Assembly: GCA_951406725.2 (NCBI GenBank)
Contig: OX597818.1
Span: forward strand, 107,756,001 to 107,820,000
Reading direction: 5' to 3'
From: Octopus vulgaris
Taxonomy: Eukaryota
DNA: 64,000 nt
Of the stretch, positions 52,020-64,000 are shown in pieces. A program made the translations under genes and the position numbers. The number at the start of each line of letters is the position of its first letter. Position 1 is the stretch's first letter. Below the pieces are notes generated by a model. It was not told where the DNA came from and ran no database searches. It saw nothing but the letters and a program-made list of their open reading frames with translations.

Positions 52020-52345
52020 CAGGTAATGAGCTAACAGAATCGTGAGCATGCCAGGTAAAATGTTTAGCGCTATTTCATCTGTCTTATGTTCCGAGTTCAA
52101 ATTCCACCAAGGTCGACTTTGCCTTTCATCCTTTTGGGGTCGATTAAATAAGTACCAGTTACGCACTGTGGTCAGTGTAATTGACTTAATCCCTTTGTCT
52201 GTCCCTGTTTGTCCCCTCTATGTTTAGTCCCATGTGGGTAATAAAGAAATATATAAAATAAGTACCAGTTGAGTATTGGGGTCAATGTAATCAACTTAAC
52301 CCTTCCCTTGAAATTGCAGGCCTTGTGCCTAAATATGAAACCAAT
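52020..52345 (+). mobile_element. SINE family C carrying two alternative 3' tails in tandem
   Basis: aaataagtaccagtt..ggtcartgtaat occurs twice (near 52147 and 52256), each followed by a different tail. Confidence 0.8.
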
Positions 52346-53776
52346 ATCAAGACTGTGGGGGCAAGATGTGATTTGCAAGGGATGTCGTTTCTACTTCTAC
52401 CACATCAAGCAACCCTTAAAAGGTTCTCTCACACATAATTGCTTGACTGAACATATTAAAACTCCTTTGTCTGATCCTTACAAGGGAACTCCTATGAGGA
52501 TGCTTGGTGTACAAGAAATAGAAACCAAATCTCTTTTAAACTACAGCTAGCCTTTGAGCCTAAATGCTTGTTTATTCAGCTTCAGATGTTTTCTTTACTA
52601 TAAAGTAAGTTGTTTTTTTATGTTAATAAATACTTGAGTGAAAGATACTCGAAAATAGAAACTGAACCAAGAAGCAAAGCTTTCCATGGTTTTTCAACCT
52701 GCAAGAAGTTTCACCAAAGTTTTTTCCAGACACTCTCCTACTGTTCTGAAAATAGGTAGATATACAGGATAAAATAATACTTAATATAATGTACCAGAAA
52801 AGAAGACAAGATCGTCTCTCTTTGAATGGCTTGTTGGACAATATTTTTTTCAGGCAGAAATATTTTCCCTACCACATGCAAATGCCAAATGGAATCATGA
52901 ACAAACATCTACAAAATGGTCTTTCAAACAGAATAATTTACAAATATTCCAGAAAAATACACAACCTTACAGGGATATAACAATGGCAACAACAAGTACA
53001 TCAACAGTGAAAATAGAAAGTCTCATTATTATCTCTTAACTCAAATACACAGTTTTGCATAAAATACATTTAAGAAACAGAGGTCATACACAAAAAAAAG
53101 AAGTTTGTATACATGTCTCAAAAAAATTTTGTTTTTAATTCTGAAATACATTAATAACATTATAAACACCTTTATAGAGTTAAATGATTTCATACCAGAC
53201 AGCACACATGGCATTCATATAAGAATAATTCAGAAAACATTCTAACTACAATCAGAGAGAATATATAATGTTCAAGTGCAGTCTACACAGATCAGACCAC
53301 ACAAACCTTTTACAAATCGATGGTTTTTTTAACAAATACAAAAACTCTCGTACTGTGTATACGTATCATAAATATTATTCAGCATTGGGAATACAAGATT
53401 TCAAAATAAAAACTAACATCACAAATAACATTGAAATAATACATACACACACATTATGCCAGAGTGGAAAATGGACGTTAAAATGGTGATTGGGATGAGG
53501 ATAATGATAATGAAAATACAAACACACACACACACACACACAAAAGAAGTTTATAAACTTTCAAGATAATTCCTTTTTTCATGGAATATCTCAAAAGCAC
53601 ACACATCGAACTATAAATAATAACATGCAAATATCGGGTTGGAAAAAAAAACATTTTGGATAGAAAGAGTGGAAGGCAGCTTTTGGCTTTGTCTATCCAG
53701 AAGAGTTTCTACAAGCAATTATATATAGCTTCATCTTTATGTCTTGAGATATTTCAAAACTGAACATATGTGCGTG

Positions 53777-53812
<36 letters not shown>

Positions 53813-53840
53813 TATGCATGCATGCACACATACACAAGGG

Positions 53841-54059
53841 ACAGGGTATGCTGAAAAGTTCCTGGCTTTGGGCAAAAGAAAATAGAGGAGGATCAGTTAA
53901 TTATGATTTTATTCAACATATTCCCCTCTCAGATTCACACACTTATTGCGGTGGTCCTTCAGTTTTTTCTAAATCCTGTAAAAGAACTCAGAAGGTTGAG
54001 CCTCCAGCCAGGCCTTTTGTGATACTCTTAAGCCAGGAGCTTTTCAGAACCTCCTCATA
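53841..54059. mobile_element. Tc1/mariner-type MITE
   Basis: TIRs ctgaaaagttcctggctt (53851-53868) and aagccaggagcttttcag (54030-54047); right end cctcatA fits mariner-like termini with a TA target; internal ttttattcaacatattcccc. Confidence 0.75.
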
Positions 54060-54679
54060 TATGCATGTAAGTATACAATTCTATCTCCCTCCTTTGTTCT
54101 TCCTTTCTGTTTTTCTCTCCCACCCTTTCTCTAATCTCTCTCTGCCTCACTCTTCATCCTTGACTCTTTCATTGCTCACACGTGACCAACAGCCATCTAT
54201 CTTTCTTTCTTCCACTTCCTAAAACAATACTTGCGTTTGCCTGTCTCTCTCCAAGCTCATTTTGCCAGCATTCAACACTTCACCTCGTTATGGCATAACA
54301 GCCCTTACTATCTGTTTTTACTGTTTTGTTTTTACAGTCCTGTTTTTGTCACCACTTTAACTCTCCACAAATCTCAGTTTTTTTAAGTTGCTTTGTGTGA
54401 AAGACTGTTTTAATGAAGTCACGTCTTGTTCCTACATTCAAAATGCTGAGTAGATAAAACAGAGGACAACTGATGAAGGGATTGTTCTTTATGTTGATTG
54501 TCTCGTTTCTCTACTTGTCTCTTTCAGTGTTCGAAGAAAAAGTTCGTTTTCCATGTTTTTGTTTTTTATGTTCTCGTTTCTCATTTTGTTCATATTTTTT
54601 TGACATTCTGTACCCATATATGCATATATATATACTTATATATATATGTATGTATGTACATATATGTATGTATATATGC

Positions 54680-54719
<40 letters not shown>

Positions 54720-54826
54720 TATTTATATTATATATATATATATATATAAATATATATGAAAGAAGGTTTGAAAAGTCAATTTTAAAAGATGTTTATTCAC
54801 TTGATCGGTTTCAGTTTTTTTAGAAA

Positions 54827-55161
54827 AAGATTGTCAAAAGTAAAATGTAAAGCTTTGTATAAGTTTTGTTGTGTTAAGTACTGGTTGTCACAAAATATTA
54901 AAATACATATATACATTCTTTGATAATAATCAGAAAATGTTAAAAACAGTTTACAAAGAAAAATCTTGAGAAAATATTAAAAAGTTCATTAAAAATATTA
55001 GGATATCATTAAAAATAAGATTGTCAAAAGTAAAATGTGAAAACTTTGTATAAGCTTTGTTGTGTTGAATACTGGTTGTCACAAAAGTATTAAAATACAT
55101 ATATACATTCTTTGGTAATAAGAAAATGTTAAAAACAGTTTACTGTAAACTGTTTTTAACA
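54827..55161. repeat. Direct duplication of about 127 bp (54827-54954, 55017-55143) ending in a palindrome with 17-bp arms
   Basis: aagattgtcaaaag...aaaaacagtttac occurs twice; tgttaaaaacagtttac-t-gtaaactgtttttaaca at 55127-55161. Confidence 0.9.
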
Positions 55162-56871
55162 GACTGAGTGCCAGACTGAGAATTTCAAGGTAACCATCAG
55201 GATCACTCAGTGCAATGGAGGCAATGCCAGAATCAAGGTGGCCCTTTTTATCAGCAAACTGAAATCAACCATAAACAACGGGACAGAACTTCATGAAGCA
55301 GATTAATCACTAAAACTGTACCAGTCTGCTCATGTCACCTTCCTCTTTCTTCTTTCTTAACCCAATCCTACCACCAGTGGTGGACTGAGTCTAAAAGCAT
55401 TGGTTCCCAGGTGATTAAGGGGGTGGGGGTCACCTGTAACTACAATGCTATCATTTAATTTTCTTTTTTGTTAAAAGTATTCTTTTCAACTGTCTACAAA
55501 CACAGCCAGGCTGAAATAATTAATGCATTCTTGCAGGAGTGAATAAAAAATTCTCAAAATAGAGGGGACAGGCCCCATAGATACTAACATGGTCCCCCAT
55601 ATATGGATTCTAATGATGCAGGGGCCCACTTGCCATTGGGGAAACTGGCAACCTGGCCATTCCACCACTGCCCACCACACACATATGCACACAGACACAT
55701 CTGAGTAACAACCTTTTCCACACCTTGCTTTTATTCAACATATTCCACATGTCCTGTGGAAGGGACAACAGCCTCAAAATATAGAAATGTAAGATAAAAC
55801 TACAACTTTGTTTAGTTTTGTTTTTTTATCTCTTTTTCTTTTTAGGTTACTTTTTATCTTCTTGCATTGTTCCAGCCTTGTGCAACAAATCTCTTTAAAT
55901 TGATATCACAAAATGCTTCACTGAAACTACTCCATACATACGTGTGTGTGGGTGTGCATGCACACACATGCGTGTATACATACACAAACACACACACACA
56001 CACTCTACTTACATGTCTTTATACAGTTATGAAATACAGCAATTAAAATCTAAAAGCCTTTACAGTTTATTCACAAGAAATGAGTTTTATATTCTCAGAA
56101 AAAACTCGGTGAGAATATTTCAATAAATATATTATAAGCGTATTAAATCTACAGCTGAAAAAATGTTTAAGTTTTCATGCAAATTTCTAAACATGCACTT
56201 TGTAAATACATGTGTGTGTGTATGTGTGTGTATTTGAGGTTTTATGAAAACGGCTGATGGAATGATAAAAGAAATGTTACAACATAGGAATAAAGAATAT
56301 TCTTCTTAGTTTCACCATATTCTTCATTAGAGATTGTCTTTAACAACACTGAAATACTTGTTGCAAGATGAAGCTGTCTTCTTGCTATATATGTAACTTT
56401 TATAAACTGGATTAATCAAGCTGTTTCTCCTTAGATTGAAAATATGATAAAACGCCCTTAATCAGTTTTTATTGGATTTTCATCAAAGGTATCTGGATCA
56501 ATTTGACCAGTTCCAGAGAAGCAAGCAACCAATCTGTCAATACACTCAATCATTTTGGTAGTTACAGAAAACTGAGGTCGCTAATTTGCATATAACATTA
56601 CCACTTTATTTTTAAATATCAAAGGCCTTTCAATGGGAATCTGAATTCACACAGTATCAAGCTATGATAGATGTAGCCTATCCAGTACCTTTATAAGTAG
56701 GGATGATTAAATTGTTTTCTCCATAGACTGATCTTATAAGGAGAAATTATTTTATTCTTGTATGTTAGAGGCTGGAATTGTCTTATTTTCATATAAAGGG
56801 CATAAAAACGTCATTGAATTAAATATGAATTTATGATGATCGAGTTATTCAAAGAAATTAAAAATAAAACA

Positions 56872-57272
56872 CAAGAGTGGCTGTGTGGTATGTAGCTTGC
56901 TTACCAACCACATGGTTCCGGGGTCAGTCCCATTGTGTGGCATCTTGGGCAAGTGTCTTCTGCTATAGCCTTGGGCCGACCAAAGCCTTGTGAGTGGATT
57001 TGGTCGACAGAAACTGAAAGAAGTCTGTCGTATATATATATGTATATATATGTATGTGTTTGTGTGTCTGTTTGTCCCCCCCCCCATCATCGCTTGACAA
57101 CTGATGCTGGTGTGTTTATGTTCCCATACCTTAGCGGTTCAGCAAAAGTGACCGATAGAATAAGTATTAAGCTTACAAAGAATAAGTGCTGGGGTCTATT
57201 TGTTCAACTAAAGGCAGTGCTCCAGTATGGCCACAGTCAAATGACTTAAATGAATTAAAGAACAAAAGAATA
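56872..57272 (+). mobile_element. SINE family A, full length
   Basis: gagtggctgtgtggta...cttgggcaagtgtc...ccacagtcaaatgact. Confidence 0.9.
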
Positions 57273-57354
57273 AGCTAAATATTTTCTTCCAGAGACAAAT
57301 GTTAGATTGCAGACTAAAAGCAGGACCAAGGCATCTATCACAGTATCATGTATT

Positions 57355-57723
57355 TTATTCGTTTTATTTTTTTATACTTTTATTTGTCTCAGTCATTGAT
57401 CTGCGGCCATGCTGGGGCATCACCTTGGAGAGTTTAGTTAAACAAATCGACTCCAGAACTTATTGGTCTTTTTTGATGACTGGTATACTTACTCTATCAG
57501 TCTCTTTTTTGCTGAACCACTAAGTCACAGGGTTGAAAGTCACCAACATGAATATGATGGGCATCTCTTAGAGTCCCAACTACCAAATCCATTGACAAGG
57601 CTTTGGTTAGTCAGAGACAAGGCTATAGCAGAAGACACTTGCCTAAAGTGTCACACAGTGAGACAGAACCCAGAACCATGTGGTTGGGAAGCAAGCTTCT
57701 TACCACACAGCCATGCTTGCACC
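57355..57723 (-). mobile_element. SINE family A variant, inverted, middle region altered
   Basis: cagtcattgatctgcggccatgctgggg tail; gaaccatgtggttgggaagcaagcttcttaccacacagcc head. Confidence 0.8.
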
Positions 57724-58559
57724 TCCATTTTCTGTAAGTTAGTTCTTTAGTCTTTAGTTTTGACAGATCAAAAGACCACTTCATGTCAAAGAAGGGATGT
57801 AATTAATTAAATTAATCTCGGTATATTGTTAATTCCTTTATGGAAATATTTGGGGTACATTTGACCCTGGAAGTATGAGGCACATTCCAGAGGTCACTGA
57901 AACATTTTAGAAGAAGCAGTTATGACTGTCCTAGATTACTGTCATTGTCATCATTTAATGTCCATTTTCCATACTGGCATGGACTGGACAGTTTGGCAGG
58001 AGCTTGTAAGCCAGAGAACTACGCCAAGCTCCAGGCTGGATGTCCTTATTAACACCAACCATTATACATAGTGTACTTGCTGCTTTTTATGTGGCACCAG
58101 TACAGGTGATTTTTTTACCTGGCACCACCAGGATCACGAAATAGCTTTTGCAAGACAATACTTGGTGAGCCCAGTATCATAGTTTTAGTATATCATTACT
58201 ATATATCCAATAAGCTGACCTGCCAACCCCATAAGGCCATAACGAAGGCTACAACAAGTGCACTGAAATGAGGGGATTCTATTTTGAAAGAGATAAGAGC
58301 TTTGTACTTCATTGAAATTTATAAATATCTCCCCTGAAAACGGCTCCAAACTTTTGGAATGTTCCTTGTATGTCATTATAAATCTTTCAGTAATTTTCCA
58401 GAGTTTGTCACTGTGCTACTTTTTATTAATGGTCCAGAAAGTTCCTTGATTGAGGAACTCATGTTTATACAGTATTTTGTCATTATATCACTGATCCTCC
58501 AAGACCTCAATAGGTAAAAATCTCTGCTGGATTTTACATATTCCATAAATATAACAAAC

Positions 58560-59089
58560 CTAGCACTTCATCAGTTACAACAATAAGTCTTCCAGTTGAT
58601 CCCCGATCAATGGAACAGCCTACCCATGAAATTACCATGCAAGTGGCTGCGTACTCCACAGACACATATACAGTTAATGTAATTCTCAAGGAGATTCAGC
58701 ATGACACAGAAAGGGACAATCGAGGTACAACACATTATACAGCCCATCATATTGGTGCTGGTGATTTTACAACCCTGTAACTTAGTGGTTCAGCAAAAAG
58801 AGACCAATAGAATAAGTACCAGTCTTCAAAAAAGTCCAATAAGTTCTGGGCTCAATTTGTTTGACAAAACGCTCCAAGGCAATGCCCCAGCATGGCCGCA
58901 GATCAATGACTGAAACAAATAAAAGCATAAAAAAACAATACAGGTACAACACATTTTTGCCAGGTGAGAGGACTAGAGCAACATGAAATAAAGTGTCTTG
59001 CTCAAGGGCATGATGCAAAACTGGGAATTGAACTCATAACTTTATGATCATAAACCAAATATCCAAACCACTAACCAACTTGCCTTCAC
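58560..59089 (-). mobile_element. SINE family E interrupted by a 5'-truncated family A insert (58737-58941, plus strand)
   Basis: 14-bp direct repeat AGGTACAACACATT at 58723-58736 and 58942-58955 flanks the insert. Confidence 0.8.
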
Positions 59090-59119
59090 TCCATAAATAT
59101 AAAAACTACTAAGATATGT

Positions 59120-59520
59120 AGGTGCAGGAGTGGCTGTGTGATAAGTAGCTTGCTTACCAACCATATGGTTCCAGGTTCAGTCCTACTGCATGCCACCTTG
59201 GGAAGGTGTCTTCTACTATAGCCTCAGGCCAACCAAAGCCTTGTGAGTGGATTTACTAGACGGAAACTGAAAGAAGCCTGTCATATATATGTATATGTGT
59301 GTGTGTGTGTGTGTTTTGTTTGTGTTTGCCCCCTGCCCCCACCATCACTTGACAACTGATTCTGGTGTGTTTACGACCCCTAAACTTGGCAGTTTAGCAA
59401 AAGAGTTCGATAGAATAAGTACTACAAAGAATTAGTCCTGGGGTCAATTTTCTCGACTAAAGGCCATGCTCCAGCATGGCCACAGTCAAATGACTGAAAC
59501 AAGTAAAAGAATCAAAGAAT
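59120..59520 (+). mobile_element. SINE family A, full length
   Basis: aggtgcaggagtggctgtgtg...gaaacaagtaaaaga. Confidence 0.9.
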
Positions 59521-60159
59521 ATGTATTTTCCTGCAGCTTTCCAAATTCTTCATTATTTTCAAAATGTCCTTAAAAACATTCTCATAAGAAATGCAAAGAG
59601 CCTCAGTCAGTCTGCTGTTTATACTAAATCTGTGTGTTTCGAAATAGGAAAGCAACCAGCGGAGGTAAGTCAATCTTCTAGTAATAGAAACTAAATCTCT
59701 CCAAAACTGCAACCTACCATCTTTGAAGAAGGAAGATCACACTGACTACAGGATAGAAGACAGGATGGTCACAGCTGGAATAGCTTTTACCATAATTCTG
59801 CTTAATCAGCCTGAGCTAGTGCAAAGCAACAACAACGAGAATAAACAGCCTTTGTCTTTTAGTTCATAATAACATATTAACTCTACATATCCCATGTAAT
59901 ATTGGAGAAGACATTATGAATCCATAATCCACTAGTAAAAAAAAACAAAAAAACATCTTTATCAGAATCAATATTTCTCAATATTTCTGTGGTAACAAAC
60001 CTTACAGAAAATATTAATCTTTAACAGACAACAGAACGTAGAGGTTATAAACAGAAAAAAAAAAGACTAAAATATCATTACATAAACAAATACAAAAAAG
60101 CTAAGATCTACTTTCTTATTTCATTTCTCATCTGAATCACACGTTTTATGAATTTTATT

Positions 60160-60602
60160 GCATATATATATATATATATATATGTAGTATGTGTGCATGT
60201 GTATGTGTGTGTATATGTATGTATTTATGTATATATTTATGAGTATATGTGTGCATATATAAATACACACACACACACACAGAATTATCATACATATATT
60301 CATATATATCATCATACACATATGCATGTTTATATACATATATATATATCATATAAATGTATGTATAATATATGCATGCTATATATGTGTGTGTATGTGC
60401 ACATATATATTTATATATATATATTATATATAAGTATAACTGACATATATTATATACATCTATACATTCCCATACAACTTCAAAAACACTCAAATATACT
60501 CTCCTTCTACACCGATGCACATACATATGTACATATATCATCATGCATATAACTATATTAAAACAATACATACATACACATGCATGCATATATATGTACG
60601 TG

Positions 60603-60650
<48 letters not shown>

Positions 60651-60849
60651 TATATATATGTATATACGTTTATGTAAATATACGTATATATATAAATATA
60701 TATATACATACTCATATATATATATGTATATATATATGTATGTATATATATTTATACATTTATATATGTATGCATATATATTTATATACATATGTATGTG
60801 TATGTACATATATATATATCATACATATGTACATATATCAATTTGTCTG

Positions 60850-60882
<33 letters not shown>

Positions 60883-61100
60883 ATATATATATATATATAT
60901 ATATACATGCATAAATACATACATACATACATACATGCATGCATACATATGTAGCTAACATATACACAAACATGATATACACATGCATACATTCTCATAT
61001 AACTTCACAACCACTCAAGTATACACTCTCTCTTTTTCTCTCTCACACATATACACACATATACACACTCACACTTACACACACACACACACACAACTGA
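60160..61100. repeat. (TA)n/(CA)n/(CTAT)n microsatellite field
   Basis: Direct reading. Confidence 0.95.
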
Positions 61101-64000
61101 TATTATCACAGATTTCAATTAAGTACTTTTTTTTTCTGTCACTACGGTAACAATGCATAATAGAGTTTTAAGAGAGAAGACGAAAAGGAAATGAATTTTC
61201 TCAGCTAATATTTTATTGAATTGTATTTCAGTGTGTTATAATGTGTTGTAGTATGTTTGTTATTTGTTATAATGTATTTATTATAAATATATTAAATAAA
61301 TAAGTTGTCTTGAAGTGGAAATATCTATGATATTTACTGTTAGCTAACAGTGAGAATGTAGATGCCATAACATATTTTTCATGGTGATATCTTAAATAAC
61401 AGAGATCTTCAAATGCAGAGTAACACAGGGAACAGTGCCACAGACTTTAATTCTTTTTTTCCTGCCAAGATGGATGAACTATAGTCATTTTACAAAAAAA
61501 AACAAATCATGACTGGAAATATTTTGGTAAAATGTGATTCAAAGAATTTAAATATTGTGTTTGTGTGTGATTGTTTTTGTACATTGTAACTAAGTAGAAA
61601 GAATGTGACTCATAGTAATTTTTTTTTTTCTTGTTCATCTATCTCTCAGACTGGTTTGCTAAATATCATAATGAGCTTCATGTTGGCTTGGAATTGCTGC
61701 CAGAGAAAGATAAGGAATAATCTATATCAGAGGTATGAGGGCTAAAAATGTTTCTTTGCACACAAAGTACATTTTTTATGACATCTGAGTATGAGGTACT
61801 TTAACAGGACATGTAAAGATGATCATCAGAGTTTAAAAGACAAACTAGCTTAGGACAGGCAAGCAGTGGGAGGCTTGAACTTAAAAATAGACAAGTATAA
61901 ATGCTGTTGAATGCAGATTATTATTGTTTTAACCCAAAGATATTCGCCACACAGTCCAGGCCATTCCAGCCACATTCTTTCTATTTTTTTCTGTATATCA
62001 GGACTTCAAAATCCATTGTTTTGTTGTTTCTGGGGAGAGTCATTTTCTTTTTGTGCCTTATAATATAACACACTCACCAGTAAAATTTCCACTTTTTTCA
62101 GAGAGTCAAAACTATTGAAAAGGTTGCAAGATGCAACGAAAATTTTAGGAAAATAAAAATAAGAAAAAAGTGGAAATTTTACCGGTGAGTGTGTAACACT
62201 GTAAGGCACAAAAAGAAAACGACTCTCCCCAGACACAACAGAATATGCTTCAACACACGAACTCATATAAAGAATTTTGCAAACCAAATCCAAAAACAAA
62301 AATCTATAGTCTTCTCTTATTTTTTATTTGATATAATATGATGATGGTGGTGGTTGTGGTGGTGGCAGCAGCAGCAGTGGTGGTGGTGGTGATGATGATG
62401 ATTAGTGGCAGATTTTGTTACTCTTTGTTGCATGTCAAGTGATTATATTACAGTCTCTGTTATTAATATAGATGAGCGAAGATGCAGCCTCATGGGTAGG
62501 ATGGGTCTGCAAATTTTACAGCACCATTTTGTATTTGTATGCCTTTAGTAGAATTCAGTCTGCAGCCATTTATACTAGATTTCTGGTTTCTTCCCAGTGC
62601 AGACAGTTTACACATCAATCTACACAGTGTCTGTCTATGCGTATATCATTGAATATGTGTGTGTGTGTGTGTGTGTATGTGTGTGTGTGTGTGTGTGTGA
62701 GCATCCTTTGTGGATAAACAAAATATATACATGAGATATATGGTTCAATTAATAATTGCAACGAGCTGTTCTTGTTTTCTTAAAAGGATGAAATGAAATC
62801 TTTCAGAGATTTGAACAGAGCAACTTGAACTGTGTAGACAAATACGATGTTACATGATAACTTGCTCTGCATGAAGCTTTATGGAGCATTGCTTAAGACT
62901 CATTGATTTTTTTTAGAAATTGTACAACAGAGAAGTGAAGCCATGCATGCATTGCAGTCACTGCACTGAAAATAAGCGAGAGGTGCAGTCAGACTGAAAA
63001 TAGTGGACATTACAGTCAATAGAATTTCTCTGTAGAGCCATATGCTATATTTGGAGCCGAAATGCATTGATTCAAACAACCATATTTGAGAGATTCCATG
63101 TGCTTGTGCAGAGAAATGTCAATAGTTGTTAAACTGTAAAGTAATCCAAGCTTAGATGGATTAGAGAGAATAACAGGGAAAATGGTGGATCAAAAACTTA
63201 ACAAGCTCGGAAATAATATTTCTTTTATACGAATGCATTAAAGTTCAAGGATCAGATTTTCATGTATTAGTTGCTATTGAAAATGCCAACAAAATATCTT
63301 CCAGGCTTTAGAGAAATCAGAATTCTTTACAGATTTTCTTCATAAAAAACACTACAAATTTATTTATTATTTTTATTTTTTTTATAAGTGATACAAAGCC
63401 AAACATTTGTAATTGAGGAGTTTAACTGGTTGAGTTCACCATGGACATTGCTGCTGTTTTATGAAAGCCAAGGAATGGATCTTCCACATGGTCACTCAAT
63501 TTGCAAAATATTGCAATCAAATTTCCCTTAAATGACACACAACTATCTTTTAAAGAGAAATGCAAAAACATTTGGTAAAATAATTATTAGCAGCAGAAAC
63601 AATATTAACATCAAAGGTAATATTTGTCCCTGCTTAAAACTGGATGTTGTGTTAGAATGCAAAATTCTGTGACTGTTACAATGAGAGAAACTCATATTGG
63701 CTTCCAGTGCATATAAGCACACTTATCGCAGTATTTTGTGTTCTGCTAAAACATCCACTTTTAAGAGGGGATAAACAATACCCTTTGTGTATTAATACTG
63801 CTTCCATTATTAGTAATTATTTCTTAATAAGCCCACTGTCTATTCATTAGACCAGAGCTTGTTAAGGCATTGTGATAGCAGCTATCTCCAGCATCTGGGC
63901 GTCTACAAGGCCAGAGAAGGCCAAAATCATGTGATCTGGTAGCCTCAGAGATAGCAAGAGATTGATCTCCCCACTGGCGACGTAAACAAGAGTGCTTATA

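Overview
AT-rich, repeat-saturated eukaryotic DNA. It is most likely octopus or another cephalopod, inferred from the tRNA-derived SINE types and the extreme (TA)n/(CA)n/(ATT)n/(CAT)n load. I found no intact protein-coding gene: almost every ORF in the track is a microsatellite or SINE read-through. Supported content: a frameshifted Ty3/Gypsy gag with a tRNA-Ser(GCT)-type primer-binding site and probable 5' LTR; about six SINE-like families (my labels A-F) with many copies; RTE, CR1/Jockey-like and R4/Dong-like LINE remnants; a mariner-type MITE and a palindromic MITE. Most notable: (1) a Penelope-like element whose 119-bp inverted repeats carry a type I hammerhead ribozyme motif, plus a second family of short elements with minimal hammerhead-like cores; (2) a 328-bp inverted duplication with no mismatch found by eye and signs of fold-back origin; (3) + strand splicing signals (a 33-nt symmetric micro-exon candidate and an AG|GTAAGG recursive-splice candidate), suggesting the window lies inside a very long intron. 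All family names and coordinates come from reading by eye; degenerate boundaries are approximate.
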